Shown here piece after piece: positions 23,068 through 35,008 of a stretch of DNA of 46,561 nt; the first letter of the stretch is position 1, and each line of letters starts with the position of its first letter. This stretch comes from Octopus bimaculoides. Taxonomy: Eukaryota. The stretch covers positions 17,774,556-17,821,116 of the forward strand of contig NC_068987.1 of NCBI RefSeq assembly GCF_001194135.2. Reading direction: 5' to 3'. The notes beneath the pieces were generated by a model that worked only from the letters and a program-made list of their open reading frames with translations, searched no databases and was not told where the DNA came from. The position numbers and the translations under genes are program-made.

Positions 23068-25321
23068 TTTACTGAAAAATAAGTATTAATCATCATTAGA
23101 ACATTAGTATGTTTTAGTTGCTGAATTTGATGTATGGAATTTAAACGGCATACTAATTCCTAAGCTATAAATATTCATAAAAGCGCATTTTGTCGTTGTT
23201 GCTTAGTCCCTCCTGGCGCTGTTGGAATATACATATGATAAAATAAACTTCAAACGTGACCTTTCCGTCATTTTAGTGGAAAATATATAAATTTATATAT
23301 GAAGTATGATGAGGCTTGATGGAGATTCGACTGTTACTTTTAGTAGGCTACGCGAACACGTCGAAGAATCTTTCTTTTAATTTCTAAGTAATATTTTTTC
23401 TTTAGTTCCTTTTTATGAAACTTAGAAAACTGCCATGTGTTCTTTTTGTGTGTGTATATATAGATCGACTTTTTAGTCAATGAACTTAGAAATACATAAT
23501 TGTCAATATTACTTCCAGCTATAGGAGTTCGTGACATTTCAACACATCATGTCTTCTGTATATTTCAGCACATTCATTTGATGTTTTCAAGAACTTAAAA
23601 GCAATAATAGTTTACATCTGACACATGAACTAAACGTGCTATGTTACAGACTTCAAACTAAATTGTATCAGACACTGCTATGATATAAGGCCGTAACGGC
23701 GATTATTAAAGAGCTCAGCATATTTTTCTCATCTAAGCCAGTGTTTCATACTTTTTTCTTATATACAACGGAAGGAAGAGTAATAAGACTACTAATAAAA
23801 GTGTATTAGCATCAATGAACGTGCTCTATTCGTATTATGCCACTAGATAAAACAAATTGAGTGTCAAGGTTTAATTCCTAACGCACCAAACAGAAGAAAT
23901 GGTTCAGAAGACCAAAAAAAAAATACGATATATAATATACGTTTTATAGTTTCATAATGGCGTTATGTCCTGGTAAATTATTGTTGATATGATCACAACA
24001 ATAACTGATCGAACTTTATAAGATTGATAGGAATATATAATGGAACATTAAACTCAATGATAGGTTTATCTTTCAATATGAAACAATGCTAAGCGTACAA
24101 TTTAGGCTGCATTAAATCTTCCATTTCTCATATTCCAACGGAAGGCCTAGGTTTGATCTCATTAGATTATTTTTAATAGTATTCGTAGTGTTTGTAGTGG
24201 TGTCATGTTTTGTTACTATATTGTTATTGTTGTTGATGCGGACGTTTATTTTACACTTGCTAAATATTAACATAGGAAATAAACATATAGAAAATAAATA
24301 TGCGTATTGCCTGAAATTATACCATACTAACATTAGTAAAAAAAAACTTTAGCTTGTATACTTCGATACAGGTTTATCTTTTTTGTGCAATAGCGATCTT
24401 TGCCGACCGAATGAAATCTCAACTCTATCCCGTCCATCACTGGTAAAATACATCGCTTATATATTTAATTTGAATAAGTATAAAAAGGAGCTGTGGATAC
24501 ACCAACAATATAAACTAATGTTCGCATCCAGGACATTCTCTTTAACTCATTAATATCGCAAAAGCTAACTTATTAGCACAAGCATATTTCCCTATAACAG
24601 GCAGAATAGTGTTCTGTGATAGTGAAACGCTGTACGAAAGAAAAATTAGTAAAATGTCAAGTTAAATTATTATGTTCAACAGCACTGCTCTCATCTCCTA
24701 CAAATAAGCTTCTGCTACACATTTAATCTAAATCAAGTTTAATTTCTGAAATTCGCCATATAATCATTAGGTATAATACAGTGATGGCAAATCTACTGTG
24801 CTTCAGGTTCGTGAGCATCACCTTCAAGAAGAAGTCTATATTTTGCATAAAAATACATTACTGTCCATTAAATCAAAGTCAGGGAAACAGGCGTCTTAAA
24901 TTTCGTATAGTACATTTTTATTTTTCTTGTCTCTCTAAATACTTATTCTACTGTTTGCTAAACGGTATCACAGGAAACGTCACATTATTCTATTCCTTCC
25001 TTTGGCGTATTTTCGTTCTTCGATTGCGCTTGTCTAACTCTTGTGTATTATTTGTTTCTTTGTCTTCTCTTAGTCTCAAAAACTACTACGCGTTATTTCT
25101 GTGATTTCATCTATGTACATTTATATATCTATCAATTTAAATATAGATGCGTATACATACATATGCATTATATATNNNNNNNNNNNNNNNNNNNNNNNNN
25201 NNNNNNNNNNNNNNNNNNNNNNNNNNNNNNNNNNNNNNNNNNNNNNNNNNNNNNNNNNNNNNNNNNNNNNNNNNNNNNNNNNNNNNNNNNNNNNNNNNNN
25301 NNNNNNNNNNNNNNNNNNNNN

Positions 25322-25353
<32 letters not shown>

Positions 25354-26165
25354 GTACTTATGTTTGTATGTACATACATACATATTCTAATGCTTTTAAA
25401 AATCTCAAAATGTCGTCCAAAGGTCAGGTTACAATCATTTTTTCTATTCTATTATTTACAAGTACTTTTTCACAATGTATTTTCATTTTTCTGTATATTT
25501 AATAAAATCTTCGTAAATACGACCTCATTAGATTACTCATTATTCAATGTCTTCAACTACAAAATTTCCACAGTCCTGTGGATGTGAACTTGGGCAGAAT
25601 TACAACTCTGAATTAATATAATCTCAATTAAATTTTGCTAGGATATCAATACTACACACCGTAACACCTTTCGCTCACCTACCGCTGTTAGAGTGCCGCA
25701 GATTATTCCTCCGCTATATATAGTTGTTTGAAGCGGTTTACTCTATGTGGACTCGGTCGCTAAAAGCTAAAAGGCTTAAAGGCTTGGAAATAGATATATC
25801 TAGCGGAAGTGAAATGTAAGAAGAAAATCAATGTTCAAATTATATAGAATGGTAGATATCACTTATATGAACTAAAGATTACATTGTTTTACACCATTTT
25901 ATTCCTTTGGAATAATACCAATGTTGTCTTCGAAACATATGCCGGAAGTAAAAGAATTTGGATAACACCTGCGTTTAATTCCATTTATATATTCATATAT
26001 ATTATACAAAACATTTCACATCAACCCGGAGTTTCTACCTTTGGAAACAGGGTGTTACGTCCTTATTACTTGTGTGATTTTTTTGCTGCCCTGGTAACTG
26101 CTTATTTATTTTTTCCGTGTTAATTGTAAACAAGGAAAAAATACACACATCCATATATATATATA

Positions 26166-26378
26166 CAGGCTGTGTGGTAAGAAGCTTGCTTCCGAACCAC
26201 ATGATCCAGGGTTCAGTCCCACTGCGTCGTTTACGTCCCTTAACTTAATAGTTCGATTTAAAAGGCCGACAGAATAAGCACTAAGCTTACAAAGAATAAG
26301 TCCCGGGGTCGATTTGTTCGACTAAAGGTGGTGCTCCAGCATGGCTGCAGTAAAATGATTGAAACAAGTAAAGGAATA
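26166..26378 (+). mobile_element. SINE family B with a central deletion
   Basis: Head GGCTGTGTGGTAAGAAGCTTGCTTCC.AACCACATG..CCAGGGTTCAGTCCCACTGCG is joined directly to the tail (CTTACAAAGAATAAGTCCCGGGGTCGATTTGTTCGACTAAAGGTGGTGCTCCAGCATGG). Confidence 0.85.
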
Positions 26379-26922
26379 TACACATGTATATCTATATATC
26401 TGTCTGTTTGTCTGTCTCTCTGTCTCTCCATCTATCTATCTATCTATNNNNNNNNNNNNNNNNNNNNNNNNNNNNNNNNNNNNNNNNNNNNNNNNNNNNN
26501 NNNNNNNNNNNNNNNNNNNNNNNNNNNNNNNNNNNNNNNNNNNNNNNNNNNNNNNNNNNNNNNNNNNNNNNNNNNNNNNNNNNNNNNNNNNNNNNNNNNN
26601 NNNNNNNNNNNNNNNNNNNNNNNNNNNNNNNNNNNNNNNNNNNNNNNNNNNNNNNNNNNTTCTTTCATAAAAATAATGAAATCCATATAAAAGTAGACGA
26701 ACATATAATTTTGCAACGTGTGTAAATAAGAAGGTTTCTATATATCTCGTTTTTTTGGTTTCATTGTCAACACAAAAACTTATTACTACACGAAGATAAT
26801 CTGTCAATGTCATGTTAAACACGAAGAACGTGACGTTGTAATTTTAAAAATGCAATCTGAGTGAATTTAGGTGAATAGAAAAGTTATTCCACCATACATG
26901 CATGCAAAGGTGATAGCCTATG

Positions 26923-26957
<35 letters not shown>

Positions 26958-27231
26958 ACACACACACACATACACACAAACACAAACACACACACACGTG
27001 TGTATGCATGTGTTGGTGTTTGTAGTGCTGTCACGAACGCAATATGAGTAATCACTACGCATGTTAGTGGGGAATATTTATTATTTATTAAAATATATTC
27101 TGCCTATCCTTATATGATTAAAAGCATGAAACCACTGATGAAGAAAATCCCTGTGTTAATCGTCAAACTGAAGACCATCGCAAATTGTAACTTAAACAAA
27201 GATTCTGTAATATACTCATATTGATATCAAA

Positions 27232-27428
27232 TTTTGGTGCAAGGCGAGAAATTTCGGGGGAGGGGCTAAATCGATTGTATCAACCCCAGTGCACAATTGG
27301 CACTTATACTATTTTCACCGAAAGGCTAAATCTACATCGACAGTATTTGAACTCAGAATATAAAGATGGAAGAAATGTTTTTAAGCATGTTGCCCGGTGT
27401 TCTACTGATTCTGCCAACTCGCCCTCTT
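27232..27428 (-). mobile_element. SINE family A, diverged
   Basis: AAATTTCGGGGGAGGGGCT.AATCGATT...CCCCAGTGC...TTTGAACTCAGAAT.TAAAG...GCCCGGTG...TTCTGCCAACTCGCC. Confidence 0.75.
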
Positions 27429-27445
27429 ATGGAATATTAAACTTC

Positions 27446-27993
27446 TAGGGTGGCCCAAACGTAGGTTTACAGTTATTCAACTATCTCGTTCGCATTCATA
27501 TATTAACAGTTTAGAAACCATTATTCTATGCTAACTTAGTTAATTTTGTCAAGCTCCCTTTACAATTGACAGTACAAGATTACCTTAATCACACCTTTCC
27601 ACAGCGTTGGTTTGGAAGACAGGGCAGTATCGAATGGCCACCACGTTCGCCTGACCTGAAACCAATGGATTTCTGTTTTTTTTTTTAGCTGCTCTAAAGA
27701 ACAAGGTTTATGAGAAGAATCTCAAACTGTAAGTGAATTAAAAATTACATTTCTGATGCATTCACTGAAATTGATGGAGATTGGAATTTGTGCGGCACTC
27801 TGACAAGGTTTGAAGATTGTTGCAATGTTGAAGGAGAATATTTTGAGCATCTGAGAGATTAAACATTGTCTGTTTAAGATGTGCATAAACAATATGATTG
27901 TAAGATGGAAATTTCAATGTAGTAAAATATTTTAAAAGGAATTTGAAGTACCTACGTGATCACTGCAAACCCAATTTTGGGCCACCTGGTGTA
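27446..27993 (+). mobile_element. Non-autonomous Tc1/mariner deletion derivative
   Basis: From 27572 the frame reads VQDYLNHTFPQRWFGRQGSIEWPPRSPDLKPMDF, then frameshifted ALKNKVYEKN..ISDAFTEID..RFEDCCNVEGEYFEHLRD. Inverted ends are TAGGGTGGCCCAAACGTAGGTTTACAG and CTGCAAACCCAATTTTGGGCCACCTGGTGTA. Confidence 0.9.
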
Positions 27994-28024
27994 TTTATTT
28001 AAGATTTTAGCACAATGCCAGCAA

Positions 28025-28167
28025 TTACAGGGTAGCGGTATTTATCGAGACGATGAAAAAGGCTAATGTGGCCTTCGTGGTATTAGAACTCAGAGCCCAG
28101 AGACATATGAACTGCCGCGAAGCATTTTGCCCGGTGTGCTAACGTTTCTGCCAGCTCGCTGCCTTAC
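28025..28167 (-). mobile_element. SINE family A, 5' half
   Basis: GAAGCATTTTGCCCGGTGTGCTAACGTTTCTGCCAGCTCGCTGCCTTA is the reverse complement of the family A head. Confidence 0.75.
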
Positions 28168-29049
28168 GTAATATACCCATATAAACAACACAAGAGGCAA
28201 AGTTTTACGTTCCTACTTTTGAGACTGCCTCACAAGTACTTAATTAGTAGGCAATGTGACTTCCAAAAATGTTATACGTCATGTTTGTATATAATGTACA
28301 ATAATCTGCGTTCTTAAGAAATTCACTTGCAAACACGTACCAGACATCACCAATAGCTTTTGAACGAATCTAATGAACGTAAATGTAGATATATCTCTTC
28401 TATGTGTACATATGTGTGAGTGTGCTGGGCTGTGCACGCATGCGTTCGTTTTTGTGCTTATGGTTAACACAAATAATAACCAAGGGAGTTGCAGTCTAGG
28501 GAGTTATGTGGCCAGGAGTGATGTGGTTGCAGAAATTGTCTGGCAGCCATGATTGGATTCTACTTGTCTAGCATGGTTCAGGTTCCTGATGCTAGATATA
28601 GGGTCTCCCAGCAGCTACCCTCTTGACCCAGGGTAGCACTACCTCCTCCTGATATTACAATGTGTTGTTGAAAGAGAACAAAATTGAGAAAGTACGAAGG
28701 TGGGAGTATGGCAGTAACGTTAAAGTAACGCATGAGGCGGCGAGAAAGAACAGAGAATAGGACGGGCTATATGCAGAGAGACAGTCAAATATTTGGAGAA
28801 AGATTACAGAAGACGGTCAGCTGTTTGTCTGATATACAAGGTGTAAGCTTATGCGTAGAGGTAATACTTTCTGCATCAAGAATCATTTTGTTAGATATCA
28901 TACTGATTATTTTTATGTTCTGTATTATATCTTTATTTCCCAACTTTGATGACTACATATTTCCTTCGGCAGACGAATAGAAAAATCTTATTTCGTTCTG
29001 ACGATAGTATTTTAACCATTTCAATCCCATTAACTATATCTAAATTTCG

Positions 29050-29900
29050 AAATTTTTTTCAGGCGATTTGTTTTTATATTTTGTATTTCAAGTCAACGAA
29101 CCATATTTTATTTCTTCTTAAACTTTCATTACTCATTCTTACGCCTCGTTGGATTTCTTTTTATACTATTGATATAAGTTCTGAAATATTTTACTTCCAA
29201 ACTTTTTTTCGTTACCATTTTTTCCCCTTCTTACATGTCTGTAAGGAACTGCTGACCCTATGCTTTATCAACTCTCCATACTACAATCTCTTTGCTTCAC
29301 TTCTTCAGCCCACGCTACTTAATTACCCCTCCTTATTTCTACCTAATCCCTCTTTCTTTTTCTTCTATTCTTGCTCTCCCATTCTCACACTCTCGCTCTC
29401 TTGTATTTTAAAACGTAATTTTATCTTGTATTTTAAATTAACGTTTTTGTAATTATTCTAAACAGTTCTAAATTACTTTAATTCTTTTTCTACTTGTTTA
29501 ATCAATTAAAGTGATTTTAAATTAAAGTGATTTATATATCCCTTGCTCAGCTTCTAAAACTAGTCACTTGACGTTTATTAATTTCTTCCCATTCTGAATA
29601 TCTTTGTGGACAAATGCTAACCTTAGTTGCTACTCACACCACCAGCTCCACATAAAACCTTCCTCTCTTCTAACCACATTTAACCTCGTTTGACACTTCC
29701 TTTCTCTTCTTTTCCCATTGCTCCTCCCCCACTCCTCGCTTTCACTCAGCCTATCGTTCGCCACTGAATCGGACACTTACACTTCTTTTTGCTTTCTTCT
29801 TTCGTTCTTTTCAGTATTTTACACTTCTTCGCACAGAAAAACAACACTATACAGGGGCCATACGCTCTTCAGCATCACCCACATAATCCCAATATTATTT
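29050..29900 (+). mobile_element. Possible highly decayed Penelope-like pseudo-LTR region
   Basis: The plus strand is pyrimidine-rich, like the minus strand of 300-960. The peptide ..FASLLQPTLLNYPSLF weakly resembles FxLGxLQPxGLN. A half hammerhead core CTGAAGAGCGTATGGC lies on the minus strand at about 29872-29857. Weak evidence. Confidence 0.3.
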
Positions 29901-31003
29901 TTAGAGCTATAACTAACAACATACCAATAACTTAGACAGTCCGATACACTAAATTTAACATTTAAATTCTGGCTTTCTTCAACGCCATTCCTTAAATGCA
30001 TGTTAAGTTGTCATATAAAACATTGTAAAATAATTGTTCAGCTGCAATATGTCGTCTGAACAAATTTAACAGATTTTTGCATTCAGAAATAGTGTAGCTA
30101 AAATTTCAAATGAGTTCTACTGCAATTCCTAGCAACTTGATAGAGTATTCCCACATAGACTATTATTAATGAATTGCACTATTGTCATATGTAATGTTTT
30201 GTCGGTTTTGTTGTTATTGTTGTTGTTAATTAGACCCTTTTCAAAGAGCCTCATATCAGGGGCGTTACCTGCTGTCAGCCATACCACAGTATCCTTTCAG
30301 CGATTGACGACCGATTCATAGCTAAAAACTAGTCAGTCGCTTCTCATAAGATGGCAGCCCCGTTTTGGCTACTAAATGGAAGGAGCAAATATTGAACATT
30401 TCACTTTCTATATAGCAATCTTTGATGTTTCTAAGTAATAAAAATTATAGTATTTTGTATAAACTAAAAGTATTCCACTTTATATTACTTTAGCAGTTTG
30501 TTATAGTATCTACAACAATCTTCTTCGTGTGCTGGTTTGTATGCATATATATATATANNNNNNNNNNNNNNNNNNNNNNNNNNNNNNNNNNNNNNNNNNN
30601 NNNNNNNNNNNNNNNNNNNNNNNNNNNNNNNNNNNNNNNNNNNNNNNNNNNNNNNNNNNNNNNNNNNNNNNNNNNNNNNNNNNNNNNNNNNNNNNNNNNN
30701 NNNNNNNNNNNNNNNNNNNNNNNNNNNNNNNNNNNNNNNNNNNNNNNNNNNNNNNNNNNNNNNNNNNNNNNNNNNNNNNNNNNNNNNNNNNNNNNNNNNN
30801 NNNNNNNNNNNNNNNNNNNNNNNNNNNNNTGCATATACGTATGTTTGTGTATACAACTATAGATATGACAAAAACATGTGCATATATAATATTCATATAT
30901 GTGTGTGTGAGCGTGTGTGTGTGTGTGTACATACGTACATATACATATAATATATACATATAATGTATGTAGATATACGTGTGTGTAAGTATATATCTCT
31001 GCA

Positions 31004-31036
<33 letters not shown>

Positions 31037-31382
31037 ATTTGCTTATGTTTCATATTATGTCACAACGACTGTAGCTAAAACACGAATCAGCTTCGAAGTG
31101 TCCAAATAATACGCAGTATATGTGAAACAAAGGCAATTACAGAGGAAGTAGTGATTACAATGTTTTGTTTTACTGGTTTCGACCGTCATGTCACATTGAA
31201 ATGTGTAATGGAAATCGAAATCATAATGCAGAGTGTCAATACACCGCCCTGCAATTATTTCAGTATAATCTACATTATAGTGGTAACGCTGAATATTGTG
31301 ATATCTTTTAATAATCAGGTGGACACCAGAAAGACCATCGTATTCTTGGGAATTGTAGCATATATGTGTATGAATGTAAGTA

Positions 31383-31446
<64 letters not shown>

Positions 31447-31668
31447 NNNNNNNNNNNNNNNNNNNNNNNNNNNNNNNNNNNNNNNNNNNNNNNNNNNNNN
31501 NNNNNNNNNNNNNNNNNNNNNNNNNNNNNNNNNNNNNNNNNNNNNNNNNNNNNNNNNNNNNNNNNNNNNNNNNNNNNNNNNNNNNNNNNNNNNNNNNNNN
31601 NNNNNNNNNNNNNNNNNNNNNNNNNNNNNNNNNNNNNNNNNNNNNNNNNNNNNNNATATATATCAATT

Positions 31669-32205
31669 TAGGTGTCCCGTTTTCAGGGTCAAATTTTTTT
31701 CTGACTGCACCATTGTCTTGTATGGTGCCAGTGGATGAAACAATGAGGTATACAGAGTAACAGGGCTCTAAAACCATTTTTGTGACTACACAAGCCTCCT
31801 GAATCATTAAAAAAATGCGCTTTTTGGGGTGGCAAGTAACCGTTTTTATTGTTTGTGGTTCATGGTCTGTGGACTCTGTATCGGATGGGGTTGAAGAATT
31901 TGCTTCTTCTGGAATTCCATAGAATTCAAGCTTTGTGAAGTACTTGGCTGATTTTCTATGTAAAATAATCTATCCCTTAGCTTTCCTTGCCTCCCAACTG
32001 TTTTGGTGTATCTTGTATCTTTTCTGCCAATCATACATTTTCAGGGACCCCCTTGATCCCCTATGAACATGTTTTCATGCCTGTCTTTCTCAGTTCTTTC
32101 CTCATTTTTTTTGTGATGATATCCTCTACATCTTTGGGCATTATGTCAAAAAGATCAGGTAGCAGCTTTTGCGTGAAGTTCTCTCGTTTCTTTGTCTCCT
32201 TTTAA
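31669..32205 (-). mobile_element. Decayed hAT-like (hATm-type) transposase fragment
   Basis: Minus strand from 32201 reads KETKKRENFTQKLLPDLFDIMPKDVEDIITKK. After a shift in the A-run it reads NEERTEKDRHENMFIGDQGGP*KCMIGRKDTRY. This resembles the DLFDI..D...I...FL.DQRGPRKM.IG..D pattern I recall from hATm transposases. A candidate terminus TAGGTGTCCC lies at 31669. Stops and frameshifts are present. Confidence 0.5.
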
Positions 32206-32229
32206 CAATTTCTACTTATATATACATTA

Positions 32230-32400
32230 GGTGCCAGCGTAACTCTGTGGCTAAGAAGCTCCTTTTGCAATCATCTAATTTCAGGTTCAGCCCCACTGCG
32301 TCCCATCAGGCGTAAGTAACTTCACTAAAGCCTCAAGCCGACCAATACCTGGCGAGTGAAATCAGTTAACGGAAGATGTGTGGAAGCATGTCACGTGTAC
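32230..32400 (+). mobile_element. SINE family B head, diverged
   Basis: CTCTGTGGCTAAGAAGCT...CAGGTTCAGCCCCACTGCG...AGCCTCAAGCCGACCAA..CC.GGCGAGTG aligns with the family B 5' half. Confidence 0.65.
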
Positions 32401-32416
32401 ACGCATACATATATGC

Positions 32417-32439
<23 letters not shown>

Positions 32440-32449
<10 letters not shown>

Positions 32450-32538
32450 CATTTCTTTTATTAGCCACACAGGGCTCAACGAAGATGGGACAAATACAAT
32501 GTAGAGCTTTTCTTTTTGGGAGGGGGGAAGGAAGAAAA
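32440..32538 (-). mobile_element. 3' tail of a LINE-like element
   Basis: Minus strand reads AAAAGCTCTACATTGTATTTGTCCCATC...GAGCCCTGTGTGGCTAATAAAAGAAATG, then (TATC)n. It has an AATAAA signal and a simple-repeat tail and matches an octopus repeat I recall. The body is hidden by the gap. Confidence 0.45.
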
Positions 32539-33489
32539 NNNNNNNNNNNNNNNNNNNNNNNNNNNNNNNNNNNNNNNNNNNNNNNNNNNNNNNNNNNNNN
32601 NNNNNNNNNNNNNNNNNNNNNNNNNNNNNNNNNNNNNNNNNNNNNNNNNNNNNNNNNNNNNNNNNNNNNNNNNNNNNNNNNNNNNNNNNNNNNNNNNNNN
32701 NNNNNNNNNNNNNNNNNNNNNNNNNNNNNNNNNNNNNNNNNNNNNNNNNNNNNNNNNNNNNNNNNNNNNNNNNNNNNNNNNNNNNNNNNNNNNNNNNNNN
32801 NNNNNNNNNNNNNNNNNNNNNNNNNNNNNNNNNNNNNNNNNNNNNNNNNNNNNNNNNNNNNNNNNNNNNNNNNNNNNNNNNNNNNNNNNNNNNNNNNNNN
32901 NNNNNNNNNNNNNNNNNNNNNNNNNNNNNNNNNNNNNNNNNNNNNNNNNNNNNNNNNNNNNNNNNNNNNNNNNNNNNNNNNNNNNNNNNNNNNNNNNNNN
33001 NNNNNNNNNNNNNNNNNNNNNNNNNNNNNNNNNNNNNNNNNNNNNNNNNNNNNNNNNNNNNNNNNNNNNNNNNNNNNNNNNNNNNNNNNNNNNNNNNNNN
33101 NNNNNNNNNNNNNNNNNNNNNNNNNNNNNNNNNNNNNNNNNNNNNNNNNNNNNNNNNNNNNNNNNNNNNNNNNNNNNNNNNNNNNNNNNNNNNNNNNGGA
33201 GGAGAATATATATACAGCACAGAATCCAAGGAATCAGCACTTTAATGTTTGAGAACTGTCTTTAATCCTTTTATTTCATAAGTGTGTGTGTGTGCATGCT
33301 TTTGTGCGCGTGAGTGTGTGTGTGTGTATGTATGCGTGTGCATGTGTGTGCGCGTGCAAACGTGTGCGTGTGTGTGTGTGCGTGTACATGTGTGTGTGTG
33401 TGAGCGTGTGCCTGTGTGCGTGGGTATGCCTGTGTGTGTACATGTTTGTGTGTGTGTGCGCGCGCATGCGTTCTTATGTGCGTCACTAT

Positions 33490-33692
33490 GTCTTTGTGTT
33501 TTTGTTTGTCCGGTGCCAACACTTGGCAACCGTTATTAATTTTTTTTAATCGTCGTAGTATTAGCGGTTCGGCAAAGCAGACCGATAGAATAACAGATCT
33601 AAGAATAAGTACTGGGATCGTTTTGTTTCTATAAACTCTTCAAGAGTGTGATCCATCATAGCCGCAGTACAGTGGCGGAAAAGAGTAAAAGA
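33490..33692 (+). mobile_element. SINE family B tail, diverged
   Basis: TTTGTGTTT.TGTTTGTCC...TTAGCGGTTCGGCAAAG.AGACCGATAGAATAA...AAGAATAAGT.CTGGG..CG..TTGTT...GAGTAAAAGA. Confidence 0.7.
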
Positions 33693-34419
33693 TGATTAAA
33701 AAATATGATGTGTTTTACATATCCCTGTAAACTGCAACAGAATTATATTGTGAAACGATGTAAATATTTTGATAAACTGCATTCTATAAGACACCGAAAA
33801 AATTTAATATAGACAGATATTGCTTTAAACCAAAATTTATTTTATGAAACAGTGTGAATAATGCTATAATATGCAGCTGCATTGTGTTATGAAATATGGT
33901 ATTGCATACAGCATCGTGTGTCATAACATGTAATGTAAATATAGTTGTTTACTACAACATTTAAATTACTATGATGCGTTTACATAATCGATGATTGCAA
34001 TCTGTGATGTACATTGAAATATAAAAAGCTAATGAAATGTGTAACATGTTCTAAGTTTCTGTGCTGTAAATATTGAAAATTTAAATATATACCTCATTAT
34101 CATATATCATAAATTCTCTTCTTGGCACCTTTGACCTATCGTGGAATATTGTTAATATTAATGTATTAATGTACAGCCTGCACATCATTTTGGAGATTTG
34201 TAAATGAATTAGTGGTTGTGAGAGACGGAATTGATAATTACATACAGTAACGAACAAATAATTAGCATAAAAATTGTCATCATTTAATTAATTGGGATCA
34301 TATGTATAGAGGAAAAATATATTTAATTGGCATCACTCTAAAAGAAATAAATAAATAATAAAAGCAGTACTTAACAAATATCACTTCCATATCTCGTCAT
34401 CTTGGCTTCACTACTCTAG

Positions 34420-34900
34420 GCCGGATTACCTTAGGTTTTACGTCCATAAAGCGTTTAGTTTTATGGTGAATCATCAGATCCCTAAACCTGTTGGCTTACG
34501 GGCTCTCTAGCGAGCTGCTTCTCTAGAATATGGAAGAGGAAAGGACCCCGCTACTCAATGTCAGCAAAGTGGATTGTCTCCCTTTTAGCTATCGACCGCC
34601 GATGACCTTGTCATCCTGTGTGTTCCAATGGGCCAGCAGGTATTTTCCTGAAATATAGGCATGGTTCGAAGACCACCGTTCTGGAGTCAAGCATCTTCCC
34701 TGGGTCGAGGGTGTTCATTAGGATCCTTGCCTGTTCCGTTATGTTTAATTTACAGCGATTCATCTTGTTCATGTAGGGTCCTGGGTTTTCTAGGATTATC
34801 CATGATATTGTGCATAGAATCCTGTCGTCTATCAGCTGCCATATTGTCGGCTGTTGACGTGCTGTGTCTTTTGGTGTTGACATTGCTTCTTTAATAAGTC
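34420..34900 (-). mobile_element. Penelope-like retroelement 3' fragment (C-terminal end of the GIY-YIG region)
   Basis: ORF 34883-34611 reads ..IWQLIDDRILCTISWIILENPGPYMNKMNRCKLNITEQARILMNTLDPGKMLDSRTVVFEPCLYFRK. This follows the PLE pattern I recall, IWxLK....Y.I.W.IL....PY.....RC.LC..EK..I.......LN.R.E....C.H..K, with several key residues decayed. CTGATGA lies downstream at 34477-34471. Confidence 0.7.
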
Positions 34901-34934
34901 GTGACAGATGCAGACGTTTGTATTTAACCTACAG

Positions 34935-35008
34935 AGAATTTTTGGGGAAGGGGCCAGTCGATTAGATTGACCCTACTGCGCAACTGGTACTTAATTTATC
35001 GACCCAGC
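34935..35008 (-). mobile_element. SINE family A 3' fragment
   Basis: GGGGCCAGTCGATTAGATTGACCC...GCAACTGGTACTTAATTTATCGACCC. Confidence 0.75.

Noticed and set aside
31055-31380. Frames open on both strands before the (TG)n tract
   Set aside because: No recognisable domain and no convincing splice pair; the ORF length is inflated by the repeat and the gap.
34410-34485. Functional hammerhead after the Penelope-like ORF
   Set aside because: CTGATGA and a 4-bp GGAT/ATCC stem I with a GUA triplet are present, but GAAA reads TAAA and stem III does not pair. At most a fossil.
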